Positions 17,131 through 26,350 of a stretch of DNA of 64,000 nt are shown in pieces. Position numbers and translations under genes: made by a program. Source of the stretch: Thermoproteota archaeon (GTDB taxonomy: Archaea > Thermoproteota > Thermoprotei > Gearchaeales > Gearchaeaceae); the NCBI GenBank assembly GCA_032249235.1, contig JAVVGF010000001.1:5925-69924 (forward strand). The letters are read 5' to 3'. A model generated the notes under the pieces. It did no database searches and was not told the DNA's origin. It saw only the letters and a list, made by a program, of their open reading frames with translations. The stretch's first letter is position 1, and each line of letters opens with the position of its first letter.

Positions 17131-18259
17131 AATTTTGCAAACTCAAGAAATAGGTAGCTTATCAAGGCATAAAATGTTCAAAGAAGAGTTGACTGAAAGC
17201 GAAAAGAAAGAAATCATCCAGGAAGGATTGGAACTAGGAGTAGAAAACATTGAAGAACTTGAAGATTTACTCAACAAAGGAGGTTATAAAACTTATAAAG
17301 ATAAGATAGAAGAATTTGCTTCTCTTTTCGCTATAAGGATGTTCGAAAAAGTAGGCTTAGATATAATATTTAATGGTGAACAGCCAAGAAAAGAAATGTA
17401 TCATTACCCACTCCAATTCATCAAAGGATTTAGATTCGTAGGTGAAGCAAGAGTTTTTGACAATCAATACTTTCCGAGAGCTGAGATCTTTGAAGAACCT
17501 ATATTAATAGAGCCTTATCACTTAAAAGAGTTTCTTTTCGTCAAATCTAAGACAAAAAAGAAAATCAAAATACCAATAACAGGAGCATATACGCTTGCAG
17601 ACTGGTCTTATAATTTATTTTATCAGAAAAAATGGATAGGTAAGCTGAATGATTATTATAAGGAGAAATATGAAGCTAAAAGAGAGCTAGCTATAGAACT
17701 TGCTAGGAAAATCATAAGGAAAAATATCTTAGCATTGGTAGAAAACGGTGCTGAAATAATACAAATTGATGAACCTGCCGCTACTACTGTGCCAGAGGAA
17801 ATACCAATATTTGTCGAAACTTTAATCGAATCAACAAAAGGTATCAATTGTAAATTCAACGTTCATATTTGCTTTTCAAGGGATTATAGAATGCTTTTCC
17901 CAAGTATACTCGAAGCAAAAAATGTTTCTCAACTTGCTTTAGAAATGGCTAATAGAGATACAAAAGAATTAGGATTAGAACGAAATATAAGGAAAGGATA
18001 TTCTTTTCTTGAATTTTTCAAGGACTATTCTAATGAATTAGAAATTGGCTTAGGCGTTATCGACGTTCATACAGATTTCATTGAACCTGTCGATCTAATT
18101 AAAGATAGAATAAGATATGCGATTAAACTCCTTAAAGATCCTACTAAAATATATATAAATCCTGATTGTGGCTTGAGAACCAGAACATGGAAAGTTGCTA
18201 GGGCTAAACTAGAGAACATGGTTAAGGCTGTAAAAGAATTAAGAAAAGAATTTTCATAA
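17120..18259 (+). CDS. metE: cobalamin-independent methionine synthase, catalytic (C-terminal-type) domain protein
   Basis: 379 aa. QTQEIGSLSR, IIQIDEPA and zinc ligand regions VHICFS and INPDCGLRTR. 11-nt overlap with the upstream N-domain gene. Confidence 0.85.
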   Translation: MSSEILQTQEIGSLSRHKMFKEELTESEKKEIIQEGLELGVENIEELEDLLNKGGYKTYKDKIEEFASLFAIRMFEKVGLDIIFNGEQPRKEMYHYPLQFIKGFRFVGEARVFDNQYFPRAEIFEEPILIEPYHLKEFLFVKSKTKKKIKIPITGAYTLADWSYNLFYQKKWIGKLNDYYKEKYEAKRELAIELARKIIRKNILALVENGAEIIQIDEPAATTVPEEIPIFVETLIESTKGINCKFNVHICFSRDYRMLFPSILEAKNVSQLALEMANRDTKELGLERNIRKGYSFLEFFKDYSNELEIGLGVIDVHTDFIEPVDLIKDRIRYAIKLLKDPTKIYINPDCGLRTRTWKVARAKLENMVKAVKELRKEFS

Positions 18260-18312
18260 CAAAGCTATATTTCTTAGAAAAACTTTTAACCTTATAACAA
18301 GAGATTTCTACG

Positions 18313-19827
18313 ATGTTTGTAAGCATAACTAATGAGATTGCAATTGATGAAGGCTCTATCTTCGCTGGTGGCTTAGGTGTTTTAGAAGGAGATAAATTTT
18401 ATGCTATGGCGAGATTAAATAAAGAATATCTTGTCTTGACTCCTTTTTATCCAAAGGGTTATATAAGATATGAATTTAAAAATAATGATCCAATTCCAGT
18501 CGAAGATAATTTTCCAGAAACTTTGTTAGATAAGTTAAAAGAAATATATAAAACTAAAATCACATTAAAGGATTTCTCAGTAAATTTAGGTTATTATGAA
18601 TATAAATTAAATACTGCCAGTATAGTATTCATAAAAATTTTGGATGATAAGTTAGCTAATGAGTATTTAGGCAGATTATATGACCATGGACAACAAAGAA
18701 TTATGTTTTATAGGTATCTTATCATATCAAAGGCCTGTCTTGATTTTCTTAGCAACTATATTGGTTTTAAAAATATCGATGTTATAGATATACAAGAGTC
18801 TTTCTTTGCCTTTCTTCCATTGTTTCTTATTGAGCTTGATGAAAGGCCTAAAATAAGATTAATTCTTCATACTCCTGTTCCTTGGGGGCATCCCAGTTTT
18901 TCTAGGGATCTTTTCAAAAATGAAATGCAATATGAGTTCATAGAAAGAGAAGTTAACATGACTACTTTAGCAGCCTCACTTTGCGATGAGATAATCACTG
19001 TGAGCAAAAAACATGAAGAGGTATCTAAAAAAATGTTACCACATTTCTCAAGAAAAATAAGACATGTAACGAATGGAATAGAAATATATCGATGGATGGA
19101 TCCAGAGTTGCTCAAACATTATCAAAATAATACATTGAGCATTGAGAATTTGAAAAGTATCAAAGCGAGAGCTAAATCGAATTTCTTAGATTTCCTGAAG
19201 AATTACAAAGAATTAAAAAAGGAAAATATGCTGATTTCATGGACTAGAAGGACAGTTACATACAAAAGACCGTATTTCATATTGAATTTCATCGAAGAAA
19301 ATCCAGACTTAAATGTAAATTTCATCTTAGCAGGAAAGACAGATCCTAGAGATAACGAGGGACTTTCTTATATGAAAAGAATGAAAGAGATTAGTGAAAG
19401 ATATTCGAATGTTGTATATATCTGGAAATATGATACAAATTTGGCTAAAATGGTTTTTCAAGCCTCAGATTTAATATTGTTTACACCTATTTCGGGCTGG
19501 GAAGCCAGTGGTACTTCTATGATGAAAGCAGGGATTAACGGAACGCCTACTTTGTCATCTAAAGATGGGGCATCTTTAGAACTAATAAAAGATGGCTATA
19601 ATGGATGGTTTTTTGGAGAGGAATTAAGAGAGCTCATAACACCAGGCTCTCCAAAAGCTTGGGAAGTAGATTCTCATGACTTTCAGGATTTCAGTAAAAA
19701 AATGAAAATGATTATTGATATATGGAATAAAGATAAGGATAAGTTTTATGAAATAGCCTTAAATGCCATTCTTTCTTTTGTACCATTTGTTTCAGCAGAT
19801 AGAATGTTGAAGGAATATTATGGATAA
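18313..19827 (+). CDS. short alpha-glucan phosphorylase-like protein (GT35-like)
   Basis: 504 aa. FAGGLGVLEGDKFYAMARL resembles the GGLGVLAGD motif. WEASGTSMMKAGINGTP resembles the EASGTSGMK pyridoxal-lysine motif. Confidence 0.6.
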   Translation: MFVSITNEIAIDEGSIFAGGLGVLEGDKFYAMARLNKEYLVLTPFYPKGYIRYEFKNNDPIPVEDNFPETLLDKLKEIYKTKITLKDFSVNLGYYEYKLNTASIVFIKILDDKLANEYLGRLYDHGQQRIMFYRYLIISKACLDFLSNYIGFKNIDVIDIQESFFAFLPLFLIELDERPKIRLILHTPVPWGHPSFSRDLFKNEMQYEFIEREVNMTTLAASLCDEIITVSKKHEEVSKKMLPHFSRKIRHVTNGIEIYRWMDPELLKHYQNNTLSIENLKSIKARAKSNFLDFLKNYKELKKENMLISWTRRTVTYKRPYFILNFIEENPDLNVNFILAGKTDPRDNEGLSYMKRMKEISERYSNVVYIWKYDTNLAKMVFQASDLILFTPISGWEASGTSMMKAGINGTPTLSSKDGASLELIKDGYNGWFFGEELRELITPGSPKAWEVDSHDFQDFSKKMKMIIDIWNKDKDKFYEIALNAILSFVPFVSADRMLKEYYG

Positions 19828-19863
19828 GAATATTTAAAAATATTAACAAATATTTAGTTAAGT

Positions 19864-19937
19864 GCCGGCCTAGCTCAGCCCGGTAGAGCACCCGGCTGTT
19901 AACCGGGGGGTCATGGGTTCAAATCCCATGGCCGGCG
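19864..19937 (+). tRNA. tRNA-Asn (anticodon GTT)
   Basis: 74 nt cloverleaf folded by hand. Acceptor GCCGGCC/GGCCGGC, D arm GCTC-AGCCCGGTA-GAGC, anticodon arm CCCGG-CTGTTAA-CCGGG, T arm ATGGG-TTCAAAT-CCCAT, discriminator G. No encoded CCA, no intron. Confidence 0.9.
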
Positions 19938-20957
19938 CTATCTTATGTAGAAATCTTTTACTCTTATTACATCAAAAGGATGCGGTGTGCTATATTCTTC
20001 TAGTAACAAATTCTCCTCAGCAACCAAGCTATGTATTGTTTTCGGTTTTATTCTAACAGGATTTCCTTGTACAAGCTTTTCTTTTCCTATTAGGTTTAGA
20101 CTTTCATCATAGAATTCGACGAACCCAAAACCTTTAATTGTATTTATTGTTTCATCCTTTTCAACATGATAATGAATCGAAGTTTTATACTCTGCTTTAA
20201 TAAACAACTCTTTGACTAAGTATTTTTCGTTGTTTACTATTATCTTTTCATATCCCCATGGTTTATCTTCTCTGTTTTTATAATATTCTCTAACATATTC
20301 AAGATCTTTAATAGAATCTATTGAATGCCAGAAGACATCTTCCATGTAACATGCTATATTACCTTCACTTGCAGCTTTAGGGAATACCGTTCTTTCTATA
20401 TCATTAAAATAATATTCATGTTTAAAGTAATCTAATGCTTCCCTCTTGAGATAATAAACACCTGCATTTATATAGTGCGGAAGAATTGGCTTTTCGAGAA
20501 AGTTTGTAATTTTTCCATCTTCTATGGATACAATACCATATGGGCTTTGCATTTTCGTTACTGCTATAATTATATGTTCTTTTCTTTTATTCGAGAATTC
20601 TATGAACTTCTTCAAATTAAAGTCATGAATTACATCACCGTTCATGATTACCATATCAGAATTGGTATTTTCTAATGCATTCTTTATAGCGAAGTGTGTG
20701 CCCATAGGTTTATCTTCTATTAAGTACTTAAGCTTCAAATTTTTCCATTCATTTCCAAATCGCTCCATAATTTTCTCGTATAAATGTCCTACCATTAGAT
20801 AGACTTCTTTTATTTCGCTATATCTTAGATCATTTAATTGCTTATCTAAAATCGTATAATTTTCTTTTATTTCAATTAGAGCTTTAGGGAAATTATTTGT
20901 AAGTGGCTGAAGCCTTTTTCCATAACCTCCAGCTAATATACCACCGACTACGTTCAT
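19938..20957 (-). CDS. sugar-1-phosphate nucleotidyltransferase fused to a cupin (mannose-1-phosphate guanylyltransferase/mannose-6-P isomerase type)
   Basis: 339 aa. N-terminal GGILAGGYGKRLQPLT. C-terminal cupin PWGYEK...SIHYHVEKDETI. Stop codon abuts the 3' end of tRNA-Asn. Confidence 0.8.
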   Translation of the reverse strand: MNVVGGILAGGYGKRLQPLTNNFPKALIEIKENYTILDKQLNDLRYSEIKEVYLMVGHLYEKIMERFGNEWKNLKLKYLIEDKPMGTHFAIKNALENTNSDMVIMNGDVIHDFNLKKFIEFSNKRKEHIIIAVTKMQSPYGIVSIEDGKITNFLEKPILPHYINAGVYYLKREALDYFKHEYYFNDIERTVFPKAASEGNIACYMEDVFWHSIDSIKDLEYVREYYKNREDKPWGYEKIIVNNEKYLVKELFIKAEYKTSIHYHVEKDETINTIKGFGFVEFYDESLNLIGKEKLVQGNPVRIKPKTIHSLVAEENLLLEEYSTPHPFDVIRVKDFYIR

Positions 20958-20981
20958 CGTTGATATTAACTATTATTGCTT

Positions 20982-21302
20982 TTAAACCTTTTCTATCATT
21001 TTAAGTTTTCGTTTTATTTTCTTTAAAGTTCCACTTGTTAGCTCTATTTTTGCTTGAATATTAACATTTGATTTCCTAAGGAAAAATATGCTTGCTCTGA
21101 AATGGTCAGCAAATTCACTATTACATTTGAAAACTGCGATTCTGTTATTTTCATTAAAATATATCAATTTTAATTTTGAAAAAGAAAATGAAATGATACC
21201 ATGTAAATTTTTAAAGGTATCTTCAATTGATTCTATCAAATCTTCCTTAGTAATATTGTTAAAAATCTTTACAATAAAATATCTTTGTTTATATCGTTTC
21301 AT
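20982..21302 (-). CDS. rnp2: RNase P protein component Pop5 (Rnp2)
   Basis: 106 aa. KQRYFIVKI start and ...IAVFKCNSEFADHFRASIFF pattern are typical of archaeal Pop5. Sits next to Rpp30 in the exosome superoperon neighbourhood. Confidence 0.65.
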   Translation of the reverse strand: MKRYKQRYFIVKIFNNITKEDLIESIEDTFKNLHGIISFSFSKLKLIYFNENNRIAVFKCNSEFADHFRASIFFLRKSNVNIQAKIELTSGTLKKIKRKLKMIEKV

Positions 21303-21897
21303 ATAGGAAAAGATTACTTAAGTTTTCCTTAGTCGTAATTTTATCTACATTTTCTACATTTATGCATTTCAAAAAACTCAATATTTCCCTAGGTGCTCTA
21401 ATGTCTACTTTACTTCTAGCTCCTGAAGAAATGAAAGGAGTTAAATCTTTTTTCAAACAGATAGCCATTATTTCTTTGAATTTTGGTAAAACATGAAGGA
21501 GTTCGGAGAAATTTAGCTTCAAAAATTCTGAATAAAAAAATTCCAATCTAGTTTTTCTTTGAGATAAAAAATTTATCAATTCTTTATCAATCTCATAAAT
21601 TTTATCAATATTTACACTAACAACATCTATTCTATATCTTTTTATAAAGTTTATAGTCTCTTTTTTATTAGTAAATTCATAAGTGTATATTATTTTTTCT
21701 ATTCTCTTAGGAGAGTATTTATTTGATCTTATAACATATTCCATATTTAAACTTTTACATATATCTATAACTTTATTAACATTTTCATCTTCAATAAAAC
21801 CAATAATGGAATATCCAAAATCTTTTGCTGTAGATATAATATTATTAGCTTCTTCTAAGTTGATTGGTTTAATAAAAATATCAATGAACTTTTTCAT
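21289..21897 (-). CDS. rnp3: RNase P protein component Rpp30 (Rnp3)
   Basis: 202 aa. FIDIFIKP start and ISSGARSKVDIRAPREILSFL near the C-terminus match the Rpp30 TIM-barrel signature. Confidence 0.65.
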   Translation of the reverse strand: MKKFIDIFIKPINLEEANNIISTAKDFGYSIIGFIEDENVNKVIDICKSLNMEYVIRSNKYSPKRIEKIIYTYEFTNKKETINFIKRYRIDVVSVNIDKIYEIDKELINFLSQRKTRLEFFYSEFLKLNFSELLHVLPKFKEIMAICLKKDLTPFISSGARSKVDIRAPREILSFLKCINVENVDKITTKENLSNLFLYETI

Positions 21898-22321
21898 ATA
21901 ATAAATTTTTTATAATGTTTTTTAGTTCTTTTTTATTTCCGCTAAAACTAATCACTACTTTAATGATATCATCGAAGTCTGATAGTATAATTTCTCCAAG
22001 AAAGGCTTTTTGTTTATCGAATCTCAAATGCACTCTCCCTTTCTCATCAGTTCTTTCATCTAGAATATTTATCAAGAATTGTTTATCGATTTCTTTGAGT
22101 TTTGAAGATAAATTTCTTAAAAACAATTCAGCTTCTTCATCATTCAATTCATATTCTATATTTATAATCGGATTACGCCAATGTCCAAAGAGTTTTTTAA
22201 TTATAGGTTTGCCAGGATCAAAGCTAATTAAGTTTATCATAGCCTTTTTAACTTTTTCTTCATCTTCTGTAGCATGCGAAAAACTACCAATGATTATTCT
22301 TAAACCGCTTCTAAAACCCAT
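21881..22321 (-). CDS. UPF0201/DUF54 protein (predicted exosome-associated RNA-binding protein)
   Basis: 146 aa. IIIGSFSHATEDEEKVKKAMINLI resembles the PTED-EKV motif of this family, and the gene sits in the conserved position beside psmA/RNase P genes. Confidence 0.5.
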   Translation of the reverse strand: MGFRSGLRIIIGSFSHATEDEEKVKKAMINLISFDPGKPIIKKLFGHWRNPIINIEYELNDEEAELFLRNLSSKLKEIDKQFLINILDERTDEKGRVHLRFDKQKAFLGEIILSDFDDIIKVVISFSGNKKELKNIIKNLLYEKVH

Positions 22322-22373
22322 TCTAAACTAAGTATATAAACTACTTACCATCTTATATTGATAGATAGGAGAT
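22322..22373. promoter_or_regulatory. divergent promoter region, UPF0201-RNase P operon / psmA-exosome operon
   Basis: 52-nt spacer with TATA-like TATATAAA (22333-22340), about 38 nt before the psmA ATG. TCAATATAAG on the other strand (22351-22360) lies about 34 nt before the minus-strand ATG. Confidence 0.3.
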
Positions 22374-23099
22374 ATGTTTTCACCTCCTAGTATGGGATAT
22401 GATAGGGCAATAACTATATTTTCACCAGACGGTAGGCTTTATCAAGTAGAGTATGCTTTAGAAGCAGTAAAAAGAGGTCTAACGACACTTGGAATTGTGT
22501 GCAAAGACGGTGCAGTTTTAGTTGCAGAAAGGAGGAAATTTTCTCCTCTTCTTGATGAGAATACAGTTGAAAAAATCGTGAAAATTGATGATCATATTGC
22601 TTTTGCATATGCAGGCTTAGGTCCTGATGCTAGAATATTAATGGAGCAAGCTAGAACAGATGCTCAAATACATCGCTTGCTTTATGATGAAGCCATTCCT
22701 CCAGAGACTTTGGTTAGAAGAATATGCGATATAAAGCATACTTACACAATGTATGGCGGCGCAAGACCTTTTGGTGTCGCATTTTTAGTTATTGGAATAG
22801 ATAATGATAGACCAGTGTTGTTAGGCACAGAACCTGGTGGAGCATATGCAGGATATAAAGCATACGTTTTAGGCGCGGGTTCACAAGCTGCACAAGAGAT
22901 TTTAGAGAAAGAATTAAAGGATAAAGAACTTACACTTGAAGAAGGAATTATTTTAGCTTTGGATATTCTAAGAAGAGTTAGTGAAAGAACTTTGACAGCT
23001 GAAGAAATAGAGGTAGGTATAATAGATGTTAAAACTAAAAAGTTTAGAAAGTTAACTAAAGAAGAAATTGCTAATTATTTAGCTCAAATTAAAAAGTAA
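22374..23099 (+). CDS. psmA: proteasome subunit alpha
   Basis: 241 aa. GYDRAITIFSPDGRLYQVEYALEAVKRG is the canonical alpha-subunit N-terminus. Confidence 0.95.
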   Translation: MFSPPSMGYDRAITIFSPDGRLYQVEYALEAVKRGLTTLGIVCKDGAVLVAERRKFSPLLDENTVEKIVKIDDHIAFAYAGLGPDARILMEQARTDAQIHRLLYDEAIPPETLVRRICDIKHTYTMYGGARPFGVAFLVIGIDNDRPVLLGTEPGGAYAGYKAYVLGAGSQAAQEILEKELKDKELTLEEGIILALDILRRVSERTLTAEEIEVGIIDVKTKKFRKLTKEEIANYLAQIKK

Positions 23100-23134
23100 A
23101 ACAAATAAGCTCAGATTTTTTTATTCTTATATTC
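23100..23134 (+). terminator. T-tract between psmA and SBDS gene
   Basis: T7 run at 23116-23122, 17 nt after the psmA stop. Possible attenuating terminator inside the superoperon. Confidence 0.3.
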
Positions 23135-23827
23135 ATGCCTAAAGTGGTAGCTAGATATATATCACATGGAGAAAAATTCGAGATCATTGTAGATTCTGAA
23201 TTAGCTTGGGAATATAGGCTAGGTAAGAGAAACACTTTAGATAACGTATTGGAATCAGATATAATCTATAAGGATGCAAATAAAGGTGAAAAAGCACCAG
23301 CAAGCTTACTTCAAAAGGTATTTAATACTACAGATCCAGTTAAGATTGCTGACATTATAATCAAAAGAGGAGACTTGCCTATAACTGCTGAAAGAAGAAA
23401 TAAACTGATTGAAGAAAATAAGAAAAGAATAATCGATATAATTGCAAGGAATTGTATAGATACAAGAACTAATGCACCTTTGCCTCCTTCTAGAATAGAG
23501 TTAGCATTAGAAGAAGCAAAAGTTAAAATCGACCCATTCAAGGATCCTGAAACGCAAGCTGCTGAAATAATAAAACAATTGAAGAAAATATTACCGATAA
23601 AGGAATCTAAAGCTTTAATAGCTCTTAAAATACCTGCAGAATTCGCGAGTAAAATCTATAATCAAGTAATCACTAAATCTTCTACTGTAATAAAGTCTGA
23701 ATGGAAAAGCGATGGGTCTTGGGAAGGAGAAATTGAAATACCTGCAGGTATACAACAAAGCTTAATAAACAAGTTAAATGAATTATCAAAAGGCAAAGTA
23801 ATAATAAAGAGCATAAGAGTATCATGA
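23135..23827 (+). CDS. sdo1: SBDS/Sdo1 ribosome maturation protein
   Basis: 230 aa. VARYISHGEKFEIIVD..., DIIYKDANKGEKA, three-domain length and position before rrp4. Confidence 0.85.
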   Translation: MPKVVARYISHGEKFEIIVDSELAWEYRLGKRNTLDNVLESDIIYKDANKGEKAPASLLQKVFNTTDPVKIADIIIKRGDLPITAERRNKLIEENKKRIIDIIARNCIDTRTNAPLPPSRIELALEEAKVKIDPFKDPETQAAEIIKQLKKILPIKESKALIALKIPAEFASKIYNQVITKSSTVIKSEWKSDGSWEGEIEIPAGIQQSLINKLNELSKGKVIIKSIRVS

Positions 23828-24507
23828 GTAAAAGAGAGATTGTAATTCCAAGTTCACTATTATATAGCGGGAATGATGTAAAGCCTAGTCTTACTACTTA
23901 TAAATTGGGCTCAAATATCTACTCTAGTGTAATTGGTCTTTATGAAAGATCTGAAGGAAACGAAATTAAGGTGATAACATTGAAAGGCAAGTATTATCCA
24001 AATGTTGGAGATAGAGTTATAGGCATAATAACAAAAGATTCAATTTTCTCTTGGTCTGTAGATATTAACTCTTTTGTTGAAGCTATTTTACCAGTTTCAT
24101 TTGCAGTTAAAAAAAGAAAAGGAGAATTTACTGGAAATATTACTAAACTTTTAACTATCAACGATGTTATATACGCACAAATCATTGATTTCGATAAGTT
24201 TAATCCTCCAATTTTATCTTTAAAAAAGAAAGGATTAGGCAAGATTAATTCAGGCTATCTTTTGAGTATAACCCCTGGGAAAATACCTAGATTAATAGGT
24301 AAAAAACACTCAATGATTAAGATGATTAAAGAAATGTTAGGAATTAACATAATAGTTGGAAAAAATGGAAGAATTGTTGCTTTGACTGATGATTTTAATA
24401 AAATTAAGATCCTTGAAGAAGTTATACAGAAAATAGAGTTCGAAGCCCATGTTCCAGGTTTAACAGATAGGATTAAGAATATGTTAGAAAGTAAATTATC
24501 AAAATAG
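23824..24507 (+). CDS. rrp4: exosome complex RNA-binding subunit Rrp4 (S1 + KH)
   Basis: 227 aa. PNVGDRVIGIIT S1 region, C-terminal KH GKIPRLIGKKHSMIKMIKE. Conserved order rrp4-rrp41-rrp42. Confidence 0.85.
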   Translation: MSKREIVIPSSLLYSGNDVKPSLTTYKLGSNIYSSVIGLYERSEGNEIKVITLKGKYYPNVGDRVIGIITKDSIFSWSVDINSFVEAILPVSFAVKKRKGEFTGNITKLLTINDVIYAQIIDFDKFNPPILSLKKKGLGKINSGYLLSITPGKIPRLIGKKHSMIKMIKEMLGINIIVGKNGRIVALTDDFNKIKILEEVIQKIEFEAHVPGLTDRIKNMLESKLSK

Positions 24508-24509
24508 TT

Positions 24510-25223
24510 ATGTCGAGTTATAAAAGAGTTGATGGGAGAAATTATGATGAATTGAGACCAATTAAGGCTGAAGTAAGAGTTTTAAAAAATGCTGATGGTT
24601 CAGCTCTTTTTGAATTGGGAAACACTAAAGTAATAGCTGCAGTTTATGGCCCTAGAGAATTGCATTCGAAGCACATTGCAGCTTCTTACGAAAGCTTAGT
24701 TAGAGTCAGGTATCATATGGTTCCTTTTTCTGTTAAAGAGAGAAAATCTCAACCTTTTACTCGTAGAGAAATAGAAATATCGAAGGTAATAAAAGAAGCT
24801 TTGAGTGCATGCATAAGAAGGGAGTTGTTTCCTAGAAGTACTATCGATATTTATGTTGAAGTATTAAACGCAGACGGAAGCACTAGAGTGGCAAGTTTAA
24901 ATGCAACAGCCTTAGCTTTAGCTGATGCAGGAGTTTTCATGTATGATTTGATAGCTGCAGTATCAGTAGGTAAAATACAAGGTCAGTTAATTGTTGATCT
25001 AAATGAATATGAAGATCAAAATTCTGAAGCTGATATTCCTGTTGCTTTTATGCCTTCTTTAAACAAAGTTGTTCTGCTACAAATGGATGGTATAATGACA
25101 TATGAAGAGATGAAAGAAGCTTTGAAATTAGCAAGGAATGCTGCAGAAAAAATATATCAAATAGAAAAAGAATGTTTGAAAAGTTCTCTAGAATCAGTTT
25201 TGAAAGTTTACGGTTATTTGTAA
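24510..25223 (+). CDS. rrp41: exosome complex exonuclease Rrp41 (RNase PH-like, catalytic)
   Basis: 237 aa. RVDGRNYDELRPIKAEVRVLKNADGSALFELGNTKVIAAVYGPRE is the canonical RNase PH start. Confidence 0.9.
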   Translation: MSSYKRVDGRNYDELRPIKAEVRVLKNADGSALFELGNTKVIAAVYGPRELHSKHIAASYESLVRVRYHMVPFSVKERKSQPFTRREIEISKVIKEALSACIRRELFPRSTIDIYVEVLNADGSTRVASLNATALALADAGVFMYDLIAAVSVGKIQGQLIVDLNEYEDQNSEADIPVAFMPSLNKVVLLQMDGIMTYEEMKEALKLARNAAEKIYQIEKECLKSSLESVLKVYGYL

Positions 25224-25224
25224 C

Positions 25225-26052
25225 ATGGAAGGAATAAAATATAACATATTCATACCTAAGATAAGGCAAAAGTTCATACTCAATGCGCTAAAAGAAAATA
25301 AAAGAATAGATAATAGAGCATTTAATGAGTATAGAGCAATTAAGATAAAATATGGTCATTTACCAAATGCTGATGGTTCTGCTGAAGTTAGTTTAGGAAA
25401 TACGATTGTATTAGCTGGAGTTAAGATAGATGTTTCAAATCCTTTTCCATCAGAACCTGATAAAGGTATATTAATCGTCAACGCTGAATTTCCACCTGTT
25501 GCATCACCAGATTTTGAGCCAGGGCCTCCAGATGAAAATGCTATCGAATTGGCTAGAATCGTAGATAGAGGATTGAGAAAACCTGAAGTTGTAGATTTTT
25601 CAAGTCTTTGTATTATTCCAGGTCAAAAAGTTTACAGAATTTGGTTAGATATATATGCTTTAAATCATGATGGGAATTTAGTCGATGCAGCTGGAATAGC
25701 TGCTGTTGTTGCACTAATGAATACAAAATACAGGAAATTTACTTATGTTCAAGATAAAGGCTTAGTAGATACAGGAGAAAAAGTTCAATTATCAATAAAG
25801 AACTTTCCAGTTTTCGTTACACATGCAAAAATAGGAGATCAAATAATCTTAGATCCTAACCTTGAAGAAGAAATGCTTGCAGACTGCAAAATAACGACGA
25901 TAGTTTCTGAAGGAGGTCTCATAACTGGTATGCAGAAATCGGGCATAGGAAGTTTGACTCTTGAAGATATCGATAAGATTTTAATTGATTCAATTAATTT
26001 ATATCAGAAAGTTAAAGAAAATATATTAAAAGAGGTAAACAGGAATGCCTAA
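25225..26052 (+). CDS. rrp42: exosome complex subunit Rrp42 (RNase PH-like, non-catalytic)
   Basis: 275 aa. KRIDNRAFNEYRAIKI...ADGSAEVSLGNTIVLAGVK pattern. Confidence 0.9.
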   Translation: MEGIKYNIFIPKIRQKFILNALKENKRIDNRAFNEYRAIKIKYGHLPNADGSAEVSLGNTIVLAGVKIDVSNPFPSEPDKGILIVNAEFPPVASPDFEPGPPDENAIELARIVDRGLRKPEVVDFSSLCIIPGQKVYRIWLDIYALNHDGNLVDAAGIAAVVALMNTKYRKFTYVQDKGLVDTGEKVQLSIKNFPVFVTHAKIGDQIILDPNLEEEMLADCKITTIVSEGGLITGMQKSGIGSLTLEDIDKILIDSINLYQKVKENILKEVNRNA

Positions 26053-26350
26053 AACTCCTTTCGGTCCAAGATATGGAGCGACATTAAGAAAAAGGTATGC
26101 TAAGATATGGCAAACTTATAAGTCTCCTAAAGTTTGTCCTAAATGCGAAAAAGAGGGATCTGTATATAGAATTAAAATAGGTATTTGGGCATGCAAAAAA
26201 TGCGGTACAAAATTCACAGGTGCTGCTTACAATATCTATAGCGAAATGGGTAGAATCGTGAAACTGAGAGCTGTTTTGCCAGTTGAAGAATTAAAGAAAA
26301 CCAATGAATTTGCTGATAACAACATCGAGAAGACCCTCGAAGAGAACTAG
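26045..26350 (+). CDS. rpl37ae: ribosomal protein L37Ae (eL43) with C-terminal extension
   Basis: 101 aa. RYGATLRKRY plus zinc ribbon CPKCEK...CKKCG. The last ~15 aa extend past the usual core and overlap the Brix gene by 47 nt. Confidence 0.85.
   Translation: MPKTPFGPRYGATLRKRYAKIWQTYKSPKVCPKCEKEGSVYRIKIGIWACKKCGTKFTGAAYNIYSEMGRIVKLRAVLPVEELKKTNEFADNNIEKTLEEN

Noticed and set aside
16189-18259. Split MetE as a frameshifted pseudogene of a fused metE.
   Set aside because: The second ORF has its own ATG in an 11-nt overlap typical of coupled genes. Both parts are intact and full-length for their domains, and separate N- and C-domain genes are a known crenarchaeal arrangement.
19864-19937. 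tRNA genes as integration sites of a mobile element or genomic island (tRNA-Asn here and tRNA-Gln at 34507-34580).
   Set aside because: There is no integrase, no direct repeat of the tRNA 3' half nearby, and the flanking genes are core metabolic or informational genes.
22366-22373. Shine-Dalgarno-like GGAG upstream of psmA.
   Set aside because: The GGAG (22368-22371) ends only 2 nt before the ATG, too close for productive SD pairing. The promoter geometry suggests a very short leader instead.
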